Of a DNA stretch of 64,000 bases, positions 8,702 to 17,704 are shown one piece after another. Where the stretch lies: positions 2,728,445 through 2,792,444 of the forward strand of contig OZ253442.1 in the NCBI GenBank assembly GCA_965261085.1, given 5' to 3'. Positions within the stretch are counted from its first letter, which is position 1. Each line of letters opens with the position of its first letter. The notes under the pieces were generated by a model. It did not search any database and was not told the DNA's origin. It saw only the letters and a list, made by a program, of their open reading frames with translations. The position numbers and the translations under genes are program-made. Source of the DNA: a bacterium. Lineage in GTDB: Bacteria > UBA8248.

Positions 8702-9648
8702 GTGTGACTGCCTCATCAAACTCAACCAAAGGGGAAAAAAGTTCGTCATACGGATTTGCGAGCGTCGTAGACGTTCAGGAGTCGTTCAGAAAACTCGACT
8801 ACATCTCCGACAAAACGCTGGCGACCACCCTCTTCCTGGCCACGAAACTGGAAAAACCCCTTTTCCTGGAAGGCGAAGCCGGGGTCGGGAAAACCGAACT
8901 CGCCAAGGTGCTCGCCAGCGCGATGGATACCGAGCTCATCCGTCTGCAATGCTACGAGGGTCTCGACGCGAGTTCGGCTCTCTACGAGTGGAACTATGCG
9001 AAACAACTCCTCCACATCAAGATGGAAGAAGGCAGGGACTCGGACGCGAAGTCGATTGAAAAAGATATCTTCAGCGAGCAGTACCTGATAGAACGTCCCC
9101 TGCTTCGTGCGCTTTTGCGCTCGAAAGAAAAGCCGGTGGTCTTGCTCATTGATGAAATCGACCGCTCGGACGAGGAGTTTGAAGCGTTCTTGCTGGAAAT
9201 TCTCTCCGATTTCCAGATTACGATTCCTGAGATGGGGACCATCAAGGCGGTCAGCAAACCCCTGGTGGTGCTCACCAGTAACCGGACGCGTGAAATTCAC
9301 GACGCCCTTAAACGACGCTGCCTTTACCTGTGGGTCGACTACCCCTCTTTTGAGAAAGAAGTGGAGATTATTACGACCAAGGTGCCCGGGATTACCGATC
9401 GCCTGGCGGAGCAAATCGCCCGCTTTATGACGCAGGCGAGGCAGATGGATTTCTACAAACGCCCCGGCGTGGCCGAATCCCTTGATTGGGCGCAAGCGCT
9501 TCTCGCTTTGCATCGGAATGAGCTGGACGTGGAAGCCGTGCGAGAGACCATCGGCTGCATCCTGAAATACCAGGACGACATCAAGCGCATACAGAACGAC
9601 GGCCTCGACAGCATGGTAGCGACGGCGCAACTCTCGCCCGACGCCTGA
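8698..9648 (+). CDS. MoxR-family AAA+ ATPase (CoxD-like)
   Basis: Walker A GEAGVGKT and Walker B VVLLIDEIDR. ATGA overlap with the small-subunit stop. Confidence 0.85.
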   Translation: MSVTASSNSTKGEKSSSYGFASVVDVQESFRKLDYISDKTLATTLFLATKLEKPLFLEGEAGVGKTELAKVLASAMDTELIRLQCYEGLDASSALYEWNYAKQLLHIKMEEGRDSDAKSIEKDIFSEQYLIERPLLRALLRSKEKPVVLLIDEIDRSDEEFEAFLLEILSDFQITIPEMGTIKAVSKPLVVLTSNRTREIHDALKRRCLYLWVDYPSFEKEVEIITTKVPGITDRLAEQIARFMTQARQMDFYKRPGVAESLDWAQALLALHRNELDVEAVRETIGCILKYQDDIKRIQNDGLDSMVATAQLSPDA

Positions 9649-9661
9649 TTCGAGCGACTCC

Positions 9662-10927
9662 ATGGCAACCACCATCCGTCCCATCGTGCAAGGCACTCTG
9701 CCCAAGCGCCGGATTCGCGTAAAGGGCAGAGGCCTGAAGGGCGAGATGATCGGCTTTTGCCGAATTCTCAGGCGCGCGGGTCTCAAGATTACCTCCGGCC
9801 GCATCATCGACGTGTTCCGCAGTTTCGACTCGCTCGAGGCCACGAATCTCGACAACATCTATATCGCCAGCAAGTCGAATCTCATCTCAAGCCAGGATGA
9901 GAGCATGATATTCGACGCCGTGTTCCGGCAATACTGGTTCGATGAGGAAGGAAATCCTTACTCGGGCGACGAATCGGTACAGGTTGACACGCAATTCGAG
10001 GAAGAAGGCGAAGGACAGGCCGACGAGGGGGGCGGAACTTCGGAGGAAGGAGAATCGGACGCCGAAGGAGAGGGGCAGGAAAACCCGGGACTTCCCTCTG
10101 AAGATGACGTGGAGAGCGCCGCCGAACCCGGTGAGCAGGGAGATGACGACGAGGGAGTGCCCTCTTACAGTCCCGCCGAAGTCATATCGGACAAGGATTT
10201 TTCCGCGCTGAACATGGACCAGGTCGCCGAACTCAGGCGCCTCATTGCAAAACTCGTCCCCAAGCTCGCCACCAAAATCAGCCGCCGCAAACGGCCCGAC
10301 ATGCGCTCGCCTGAAATCGACATGAGGCGAAGCGTAACGAGAAGCGTTCGCTCGGGCGGCGAGGTGCTGAAACTTTTCCGCCGGAGAAGAAAGATACAAA
10401 AAACCCAGATCGTGCTGATCTGCGACGTATCTGGGTCGATGGACAGCTACAGTCAGTTCCTGATTCAGTTCCTCTACAGCCTGCAAAACGAGATTAAATC
10501 GCTGCGCACCTTCGTATTCAGCACGCGTCTTTCGGACGCAACGCCGTATCTGCGCCACAAGGACGTCAACACCGCCCTCAAGCGCCTCTCCATGGAGGTG
10601 CACGACTGGAGCGGCGGCACGCAGATCGGCAACTGTCTCAAAACCTTCAACTATGAATACGGCAGAACCATCCTCAACAGCCGCACCATTGTTATTATCA
10701 TATCGGACGGCTGGGATCGGGGCGATACGGATACGCTGGGGGAGCAAATGACTCGCCTCAAGAAAAACTGCCACAAACTCTTCTGGCTCAATCCTCTGCT
10801 GGGTAGCCCCGGCTACCGCCCGATTGACAGGGGAATGAGAACGGCCCTGCCCTATTGCGACGAGTTCCTGGCCGCCCACAACCTCGACAGCCTGGTGGAC
10901 ATGACGAACAGGATCGCGCGCATATAA
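9662..10927 (+). CDS. VWA domain protein (CoxE-like) with a long acidic insert
   Basis: MIDAS-type LICDVSGSM and a C-terminal VWA fold (..IIISDGWDRGD..). It sits directly after the MoxR/CoxD-like gene, as in cox/xdh accessory pairs. Confidence 0.85.
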   Translation: MATTIRPIVQGTLPKRRIRVKGRGLKGEMIGFCRILRRAGLKITSGRIIDVFRSFDSLEATNLDNIYIASKSNLISSQDESMIFDAVFRQYWFDEEGNPYSGDESVQVDTQFEEEGEGQADEGGGTSEEGESDAEGEGQENPGLPSEDDVESAAEPGEQGDDDEGVPSYSPAEVISDKDFSALNMDQVAELRRLIAKLVPKLATKISRRKRPDMRSPEIDMRRSVTRSVRSGGEVLKLFRRRRKIQKTQIVLICDVSGSMDSYSQFLIQFLYSLQNEIKSLRTFVFSTRLSDATPYLRHKDVNTALKRLSMEVHDWSGGTQIGNCLKTFNYEYGRTILNSRTIVIIISDGWDRGDTDTLGEQMTRLKKNCHKLFWLNPLLGSPGYRPIDRGMRTALPYCDEFLAAHNLDSLVDMTNRIARI

Positions 10928-10977
10928 AAACTCTTCTTTTCTTCGCACCTCGTCTGGTTGCATAAATTACACTTTTA

Positions 10978-11670
10978 TTGGCCTGCTTTCGCGGACAGGG
11001 AACGGAATTGGCGAATCTACTGATTTACACGGCAGACAATGGGTTCGCGGATGCGCTCGGGCGAGCCCTGAGGCGTGAAGGCCATTTCTGCAAAATGGTG
11101 CAGAACGAAACCACGGCTTTACAGGAGGTGCGCGCCAGAGGTCTGGCCCTCATCTTGCTCGATGACGCCCCCGCACTGCCCAAAGTGGAGGAAATGAGGA
11201 GCTGGACCACGTTGCCGATCCTCCTGCTCCTCGAACCGGACCGCCTTGGCGTCATTCGCACACCCAGCGAGGCCGACGACATACTCGTGAAACCCGTACG
11301 GGAAGAAGAGCTTTTGTATCGCGTCCGCAACCTGTGCCATCGCACCACCCATGAGGTCGAGGGAGGCCGCACCCTCAAGAGCAAGGGTTTAACGCTCGAT
11401 GAGAGCCGCTACGAGATCAGGCTCGATGGAGAGTTGATCGACCTGACGTACCGCGAATTCGAGCTTTTGAAGCACCTCATCAACAATCCCGAGCGCGTCT
11501 TCGACAGGGAGCAGCTCCTGAACCTCGTCTGGGGGATCGACTATCTCGGAGGCCCGCGGACGGTCGACGTTCACGTCCGCCGCATCCGCGCGAAAATCGA
11601 AGTCAAGGGATATTCGTTTATTTCCACGGTGCGGGGGGTCGGGTACAAGTTCATCGGAGAATCATTGTGA
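10978..11670 (+). CDS. OmpR/PhoB-type response regulator, orphan, with a partly degenerate receiver domain
   Basis: C-terminal winged helix (LTYREFELLKHL..RTVDVHVRRIRAKI..VRGVGYKF). The receiver keeps LILLDD and VKP, but the N-terminal acidic pair reads TAD and the conserved T/S position reads LLLLE. The start is uncertain: TTG 10978 in the track, or TTG 11008 (MANLLIY...), which looks more natural. No histidine kinase is adjacent. Confidence 0.75.
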   Translation: MACFRGQGTELANLLIYTADNGFADALGRALRREGHFCKMVQNETTALQEVRARGLALILLDDAPALPKVEEMRSWTTLPILLLLEPDRLGVIRTPSEADDILVKPVREEELLYRVRNLCHRTTHEVEGGRTLKSKGLTLDESRYEIRLDGELIDLTYREFELLKHLINNPERVFDREQLLNLVWGIDYLGGPRTVDVHVRRIRAKIEVKGYSFISTVRGVGYKFIGESL

Positions 11671-11790
11671 CGCCTGAATCTTCTGCAACTTTTCCGGCGA
11701 GACGAAAAACCGACGCTGCGAAACCGGCACGAAACATTCACGATATAGGCTGAATTGCTTTGAGGAGAAGTATCGGCTTATCTGGAGTTC

Positions 11791-13140
11791 ATGATGCCTG
11801 ACGCATTTGGTGATAAAGATCGGGAATTCGTAATCAATCAAGCCCGCGAACTCGGCGTGCGTTTCATCCGCATGTGGTTCACCGACATACTGGGTTTCCT
11901 GAAAAGTTTCGCCGTCACCATAGAAGAACTGGAAAATGCGCTTTATGAGGGGCATCTTTTCGATGGGGCCGCCATACAGGGTTTCGCGCGCATCGAGGAG
12001 AGCGACATGTTCGCCCACCCCGATCCCACAACGTTCTGCGTACTGCCCTGGCGTCCGCAGGATGGCGGCGGCGTCGCGAGAATGTTTTGCGACATCAAAG
12101 ACCCCGACGGCAACCCCTATGAAAGCGACCCGAGATTCGTGCTCAGGCGGACCCTTCAGAATGCGGCGCAAAAGGGATTTACGTTTTACACAGGCGTGGA
12201 ATATGAACATTACTATTTCAAATCCCCCGAACCGCCGGTTGAAACGCTCGATAAGGGCGGATATTTCGACCTCACTCCCCTCGACATCGCGAGCGATTTA
12301 AGGCGCGAAACGGTGCTGAATCTCGAGAAGATGGGCATCGGGGTCGAATACAGCCACCACGAAGTCGGGCCCAGCCAGCACGAAATCGATTTGCGCTACG
12401 GCGATGCGCTCACGATGGCGGACAACTCGATGACCTACCGGCTCGTCGTCAAGGAAATCGCCATGCGGCACGGTGTTTACGCTACTTTCATGCCCAAGCC
12501 ACTCTCTGAGGAGAACGGAAACGGTATGCACACCCATCTCTCCCTGTTCCAGGGTTCGACGAACGCGTTCCACGACCCCGAAAAACCGGGCGGGCTCTCA
12601 GATACATGCCAGGCGTTCATCGCCGGTCTCTTGAAATACGTCCCCGAGATGACGCTCGTCCTCAACCAATGGGTGAACAGCTACAAACGCCTGGTCCCCG
12701 GTTTCGAGGCGCCCACCTATGTTACATGGGCGCATAAGAGCCGCAGCGATCTGATCCGCATCCCCAGCACGCGCAAGGGCATGGAATCCGACACGCGCAT
12801 CGAATTGCGCTCGCCGGACCCGGCGTGCAACCCCTATCTGGCTTTCGCCTGCATGCTGGCGGCCGGAATGGCGGGAATCGAAGAAGGCCTGCAGCCGGTC
12901 CCCGCCTCGGAAGAAAATGTATTTGAAATGAGTGAGGAAAAGCGTCGGGCAAAAGGCATCAAAAGCCTACCGGGGAATCTGCGGGAGGCCACGGTGCTGG
13001 CCGAGCAGAGCGATTTACTGAGAGGCGTGTTCGGGAGCCAGCTTTTCGAGAAATTCATCGAGAACAAAAAACTCGAATGGGCGCCCTATCGCGCTCACGT
13101 CTCGGATTTCGAACTCAACAAATATCTCTCCATTCTTTAA
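11791..13140 (+). CDS. glnA: Glutamine synthetase, type I
   Basis: 449 aa with FMPKPL, NGNGMHTHLSLF, SYKRLVPGFEAP and RIELRSPDPACNPYLAFA motifs. Confidence 0.9.
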   Translation: MMPDAFGDKDREFVINQARELGVRFIRMWFTDILGFLKSFAVTIEELENALYEGHLFDGAAIQGFARIEESDMFAHPDPTTFCVLPWRPQDGGGVARMFCDIKDPDGNPYESDPRFVLRRTLQNAAQKGFTFYTGVEYEHYYFKSPEPPVETLDKGGYFDLTPLDIASDLRRETVLNLEKMGIGVEYSHHEVGPSQHEIDLRYGDALTMADNSMTYRLVVKEIAMRHGVYATFMPKPLSEENGNGMHTHLSLFQGSTNAFHDPEKPGGLSDTCQAFIAGLLKYVPEMTLVLNQWVNSYKRLVPGFEAPTYVTWAHKSRSDLIRIPSTRKGMESDTRIELRSPDPACNPYLAFACMLAAGMAGIEEGLQPVPASEENVFEMSEEKRRAKGIKSLPGNLREATVLAEQSDLLRGVFGSQLFEKFIENKKLEWAPYRAHVSDFELNKYLSIL

Positions 13141-13196
13141 TTTTTTTGGATAACGCCACCCCTCTCGGGAAGGAAGAAGTGAGGGAAGGAGGCGCG

Positions 13197-13526
13197 CTAG
13201 TCGGCGCAACTCTCCTCCAGCCACTCAAGGTAGGACGCACGACCCTGATCGACTGCTACGGCCAGCACCTCCGGCACGTCGTAGCTGTGAATTTCGGCCA
13301 GATGCTCGGAGAGACGTTGTAGTTTCTCTTTTGTGGTCTTCATGATGAGCAAGACTTCCGCATCGTCCTGAATCGCCCCCTCCCAGCGGTAGAAGCTGCG
13401 AACTTTCGGCACAAGATTGACGCAGGCGCACAGCTTGCGATCGAGCAATGATTTCGCAATCCGCGCTCCCTCTTCTTCAGTACCCGCCGTACTTATCACG
13501 ACCCGGAACGCCCGCCCATCCTTCAT
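13197..13526 (-). CDS. cutA: Divalent-cation tolerance protein CutA
   Basis: MKDGRAFRVVISTAGTEEEGARIAKSLLDRKLCACVNLVPKVRSFYRWEGAIQDDAEVLLIMKT... is a typical CutA1 sequence. GAGGAGAAAGCC precedes ATG 13526. Confidence 0.85.
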   Translation of the reverse strand: MKDGRAFRVVISTAGTEEEGARIAKSLLDRKLCACVNLVPKVRSFYRWEGAIQDDAEVLLIMKTTKEKLQRLSEHLAEIHSYDVPEVLAVAVDQGRASYLEWLEESCAD

Positions 13527-13536
13527 GGCTTTCTCC

Positions 13537-14490
13537 TCATGCGCCCAGTATCTTCTCGGCTGCGCTGTAAGGGTCCACCCTTCGCGCGGCGATGGCGTCC
13601 AAGAGTTCATCCAGTTCCCGCCCGCCTTCCGCGCCATCTCCCATGCGCTCGACCGCGAGTTCTTTCATCACCTCTGCGAGCGTGATGCGGGCGCGCTCCC
13701 GTCCCAGACGGTCGGTTTCATCCGGGTGTTCTTGCAAAAAGACCATGCGCGCCTCGATCTGCGCGACCAATTCCTCCGTGCCCTCGCCCGTGAGCGCTTC
13801 TGTCTTCAGCACGGGAGGCCTCCATGAACCGTCGCCGGGATGGAACTTGAAGTCCAGCATTTCTTCGATTTCCATGACGGTGCGGTCCGCGCCGTCACGC
13901 TTCGCCTTGTTCACCACGAAGATATCGCCGATTTCCAGGATTCCCGCTTTCGCCGCCTGAATGTGATCCCCACCACCGGGCGTTTGGAGTAAAACGACCA
14001 CATCGGCACATTGCATGATGCTCACCTCGCCCTGCCCCACGCCTACCGTCTCGATGATCACGACGTCCCAGCCCATGGCGTCCATGACGCAGAGCGCATC
14101 TCCCGTCGCGCGGGCGAGTCCGCCCAGATGGCCGCGCGTGGCCATGCTCCGAATAAAGACTTTCGGGTCCGTATTGTGCCTGCCCATGCGGATGCGATCA
14201 CCCAAAATGGCGCCTCCCGTGAACGGACTCGTCGGGTCCACCGCGATGACGCACACCTTTTCATCCCGGCTGCGAAAGTGAGCGATCAACTGATCGGAAA
14301 GGGTACTTTTCCCTGCGCCGGGGGGGCCCGTGATGCCGATGACCAGGCTTTTTCCGCCTCTTAAATACAGTTCTTGCAGAATGGGTTTTGCGCGCGGATC
14401 ATTGTCTTCGACCAGCGTGATAAGTCTGGCGGCGGGACGGACCATTCCATCGAGAATCTGTGAGATTTGCATTTGATTTCTGTTGCTCAT
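13537..14490 (-). CDS. meaB: Methylmalonyl-CoA mutase-associated GTPase MeaB/ArgK
   Basis: P-loop GITGPPGAGKSTL, DVVIIETVGVGQ, and an NKxD-like FVVNKAKRD. No mutase gene lies in this window. Confidence 0.85.
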   Translation of the reverse strand: MSNRNQMQISQILDGMVRPAARLITLVEDNDPRAKPILQELYLRGGKSLVIGITGPPGAGKSTLSDQLIAHFRSRDEKVCVIAVDPTSPFTGGAILGDRIRMGRHNTDPKVFIRSMATRGHLGGLARATGDALCVMDAMGWDVVIIETVGVGQGEVSIMQCADVVVLLQTPGGGDHIQAAKAGILEIGDIFVVNKAKRDGADRTVMEIEEMLDFKFHPGDGSWRPPVLKTEALTGEGTEELVAQIEARMVFLQEHPDETDRLGRERARITLAEVMKELAVERMGDGAEGGRELDELLDAIAARRVDPYSAAEKILGA

Positions 14491-14555
14491 TTTAGATTAT
14501 TTATCAATATGTTGTGGGCGTATTCTCAAGTTGTCCATAAATGGAGGAACAACCC

Positions 14556-15707
14556 TCAAGAATCGAATAGATAACGGCAGATAAGATTGCGATGCACTTC
14601 GCTCGTTCCTTCCCCGAGAGTGAACACCCGGGCATCGCGCCAGAACATCCCCGCCGGCGTTTCGCCGATATATCCATACCCGCCGTGTATCTGAATACCA
14701 CTGTCGCATACGCGAAGGCAGGCTTCTGAGGCGAAAAGTTTCGCCATGGCCACTTCTTCCTTGTTATCTCCACCCTGGTCCCGGATTTTCGCCGCATGGA
14801 CGACCATCTCACGCGCAGTGGCGATGTCGATGGCGCTATCGGCCATCATCCCGCGCAAGCCGGCGAAATCAGAGACGGGCTTGCCGAACGCTTCGCGCTT
14901 CTTCGCATGGGATACCGCCGCTCCGAGCGATGCCTGCGCTATCCCGACACACATCGCACCCAGCACGACTCTCCCGTCATTTAGAACCTGCATCGCCTGT
15001 CGCAGGCCGTCCCCCTCATCACCGATGAGGCGGTCCGCCGGGATCTCGCAATTCTCAAAAAAGATTTCCGCCGCACCTGATGAGCGCATCCCGAGAGGCT
15101 GGGCGACGGCGACGCTTCTGCGCCCTTCATCTCCCTTTTCTATCAAAAATGCGCTGATGCCGTTCTTCCCCTCCGAGGTGCGCGCAAAGATGACCATGCT
15201 CTCGAAATCCATGCCTTGGGTGACGAACATTTTTGCGCCGTTGATGATAAAAGTGTCCCCTTGCCGCCTCGCCTCGCACTCGAGAGCCGCCGCGTGACTG
15301 CCGGCCACCCGCTCGGTGATCGCCCATGCGCCGATGGCGCCCTTCGTGAGAGAAGGAATACGGCTTTTTTTCTGCTCATCCGCCCCATAATGCAGCAAAT
15401 GACCACCACACAGGCCCGCCGATATGCTGATCGTGAGCGCAAAACTCGGGTCGCCACCGGCCAGTTCCTCCATGATGAGACATTCCTGAAACAATCCAAG
15501 GCCGGAACCGCCCAGACTTTCAGGTATTTTGACACCAATGAACCCCGCTTCTGCCGCGTCTTTGTACAACTCGATAGAGAACGACGCATCCCGGTCGCGC
15601 TCCAGGGCGCCTGGAGCGAGCCGTCTTTGGGAGAAGACGCTAGCCTCTTCCTGGAGGAGCGCTTCTTTTTCCGTTAATTCCGTGTTCGTCATGACAGGCA
15701 ACGTCAT
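14556..15707 (-). CDS. Acyl-CoA dehydrogenase
   Basis: 383 aa with typical ACAD N, middle and C domains (..GAWAITERVAGSHAAAL.., ..IHGGYGYIGETPAGMFWRDARV..). Confidence 0.9.
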   Translation of the reverse strand: MTLPVMTNTELTEKEALLQEEASVFSQRRLAPGALERDRDASFSIELYKDAAEAGFIGVKIPESLGGSGLGLFQECLIMEELAGGDPSFALTISISAGLCGGHLLHYGADEQKKSRIPSLTKGAIGAWAITERVAGSHAAALECEARRQGDTFIINGAKMFVTQGMDFESMVIFARTSEGKNGISAFLIEKGDEGRRSVAVAQPLGMRSSGAAEIFFENCEIPADRLIGDEGDGLRQAMQVLNDGRVVLGAMCVGIAQASLGAAVSHAKKREAFGKPVSDFAGLRGMMADSAIDIATAREMVVHAAKIRDQGGDNKEEVAMAKLFASEACLRVCDSGIQIHGGYGYIGETPAGMFWRDARVFTLGEGTSEVHRNLICRYLFDS

Positions 15708-16714
15708 TATCCTCCATGCGCCTGGAGCGCCGGTATGATTTCTTCGCCTAAAAGGGTCAACCTGTGAGGGTTTGTATCCAGATCCGGTATGGTGACCAGA
15801 ATGTGGTTCACGCCCGCTTTAGGATATTCCTTAAGACGCGCAATGCAATCATCAGGCGTTCCATAGACGGTCCCCGATTCCGGGATGACGCTCAATTTTT
15901 CACGAGCCACCCTCGCTACCGCCCTGTCCTTCTCGGGAATCACCATGACCATGAGAGAGGCCCTTATCGCCTCCGGGTCCCTTCCCGCTTTTTTGCATTC
16001 CGCTTCAATCACGGGTCTTTTCTCCAGAAACTGCGCAGGATTCCACCAGCGGCAATTGTAGCCATCCGCCTGACGGGCCGAAACGCCGAGCAGTTTATCT
16101 CCCTCACCTCCCGTCCATATCGGCGGGTGCGGTTTTTGAGCAGGAGGCGGGTCGCAAACGCCGTTTTGAATTTGAAAATATCCGCCTTCGAAATGGGGGG
16201 CGGGTTCGGTCCACATCCCGCGTATCAACAGAATGGCCTCTTCGAGTTGTTTTATCCGTACGGAAGCGCTCGGATATGGATACCCGAAAGAATGGTATTC
16301 ATTTTCGATCCAGCCGGCTCCAATCCCGAAATCCACGCGGCCTTTGCTGATCACGTCTACCGTCGCAGCCGTCTTCGCCAGCATGGCCGGCGGCCGATAT
16401 CCCACGCACGTCACCAATGTACCCAGCCGCAGGGTTTCTGTGTCGCGCGCGAGGGCGGCCAGGGTCGTCCAGGGCTCGAGAATCGCAGTGTCGGCGGATT
16501 GTTCTTTCTCATCCTGAGCGCCGAAGCCCGTCTGGTTCCCATAGGAAGCGGGATCGAGCGTCACGAAATGATCGCAATGCCAAAGCGAACCGATCCCGAT
16601 TCTCTCCGCCTCCTGGGCGATTTCCCTCAACTTCTCATAGTCGCCGATATACGTGCCTTTGAGCGTCAACGCGACGATGATACCGACTTCCAGCATAGTG
16701 TTCCTCTCATACAT
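15707..16714 (-). CDS. LLM-class (luciferase-like) flavin/F420-dependent oxidoreductase
   Basis: 335-aa TIM-barrel LLM pattern (..SLWHCDHF.., ..GRVDFGIGAGW.., ..PIWTGGEG..). The stop overlaps the ACAD start (TAATG). Confidence 0.8.
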   Translation of the reverse strand: MYERNTMLEVGIIVALTLKGTYIGDYEKLREIAQEAERIGIGSLWHCDHFVTLDPASYGNQTGFGAQDEKEQSADTAILEPWTTLAALARDTETLRLGTLVTCVGYRPPAMLAKTAATVDVISKGRVDFGIGAGWIENEYHSFGYPYPSASVRIKQLEEAILLIRGMWTEPAPHFEGGYFQIQNGVCDPPPAQKPHPPIWTGGEGDKLLGVSARQADGYNCRWWNPAQFLEKRPVIEAECKKAGRDPEAIRASLMVMVIPEKDRAVARVAREKLSVIPESGTVYGTPDDCIARLKEYPKAGVNHILVTIPDLDTNPHRLTLLGEEIIPALQAHGG

Positions 16715-16819
16715 ACGAATACCAGAAACCTGTTTTGCGCTCTCACTTTATCAGCATTTGGGACGCGAGACGAGCAAAATTGAATTGCTCCGCCCGGGCG
16801 GGCGACCTTTTCCTGAAAT

Positions 16820-17701
16820 CTATTTGCCCAAAACGACCCCAACGGCTCCCAGGACGGACAAGAAACCTCCGATGACGACACGCCAGCCCACCGCCTCTTG
16901 TTTTCTAAAAAACACCCAGGACAGAAAAATGATGAGCAACACCGAGAGGCGGTTGAGCGGAATAAGCTGAACGATGTCCCCTGTTTTAATGGACGACCAG
17001 AAGAAAAAAGCGGCCATGGCATTCAGGCATGCACCACACAGAACGGCCAACAAGCCTTTTTTGTCCCAAGATTTTGCTTTTCTCCCTTCCCCGGTGACAG
17101 ACAAAACAATCAGCATGGAACAAAATCCCATTATGCTGGCAATCGTCATACCCAGGGAGGCGGATTTTATCACCTGTAAACCAAATTTCCCGAATATGTG
17201 CGTCATCGCGAACAGAATGGCCGTACCCAGAGGGACCACGTAATAATACAAGGGGATGCGCTTTTGAATCTCGCCTTTTTCATACACCAGAAGAATCGAG
17301 CCCATCATGATGGCAAGCGTCCCGGCCGCGATGATCCACGTCATCTGCTCCCCTGCGAAAACCACCGCAAACAACGACGCCCACACGAGACTCGTTTGGG
17401 TGACGATGGAGGAACGCGCCAACCCCACCAGCTTCATGCCGACGAGGCTCAGGTAGCGGCCGATGAACGAGCCCGAGACACCCATGGCGGCGAACCAGAG
17501 GATACCTCCGAGCGGCCAATCCGCCACACCGCCTTCCAGGAAGTAAAAAACAGTGCCGAAACACACTTGCACGGGAGCCATGATGACGTTCATCACAACG
17601 GGACTCAGGCGCGCCACGCCTGCGCGGTAAAGAGTTCGTGCGGAAGCGATAAAACAAGCGGCGATGAGAGCCAGAATATTGGGATGGATGGAATCAACCA
17701 A
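16820..17701 (-). CDS. DMT (EamA-like) family transporter, paralog 1
   Basis: 293 aa and about 10 TM helices. Clearly similar to the neighbouring ORF (IHPNILAL.., ..LIIFLSWxFFRxQE..WRVVxG..). Confidence 0.8.
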   Translation of the reverse strand: MVDSIHPNILALIAACFIASARTLYRAGVARLSPVVMNVIMAPVQVCFGTVFYFLEGGVADWPLGGILWFAAMGVSGSFIGRYLSLVGMKLVGLARSSIVTQTSLVWASLFAVVFAGEQMTWIIAAGTLAIMMGSILLVYEKGEIQKRIPLYYYVVPLGTAILFAMTHIFGKFGLQVIKSASLGMTIASIMGFCSMLIVLSVTGEGRKAKSWDKKGLLAVLCGACLNAMAAFFFWSSIKTGDIVQLIPLNRLSVLLIIFLSWVFFRKQEAVGWRVVIGGFLSVLGAVGVVLGK

Positions 17702-17704
17702 CGC

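Noticed and set aside
11726-11740. A sigma54-like promoter upstream of glnA (CGGCACGAAACATTCA against TGGCACG-N4-TTGCW).
   Set aside because: The -24 GG element is present, but the essential -12 GC reads TC. This is too weak to call without a scoring matrix or experimental TSS.
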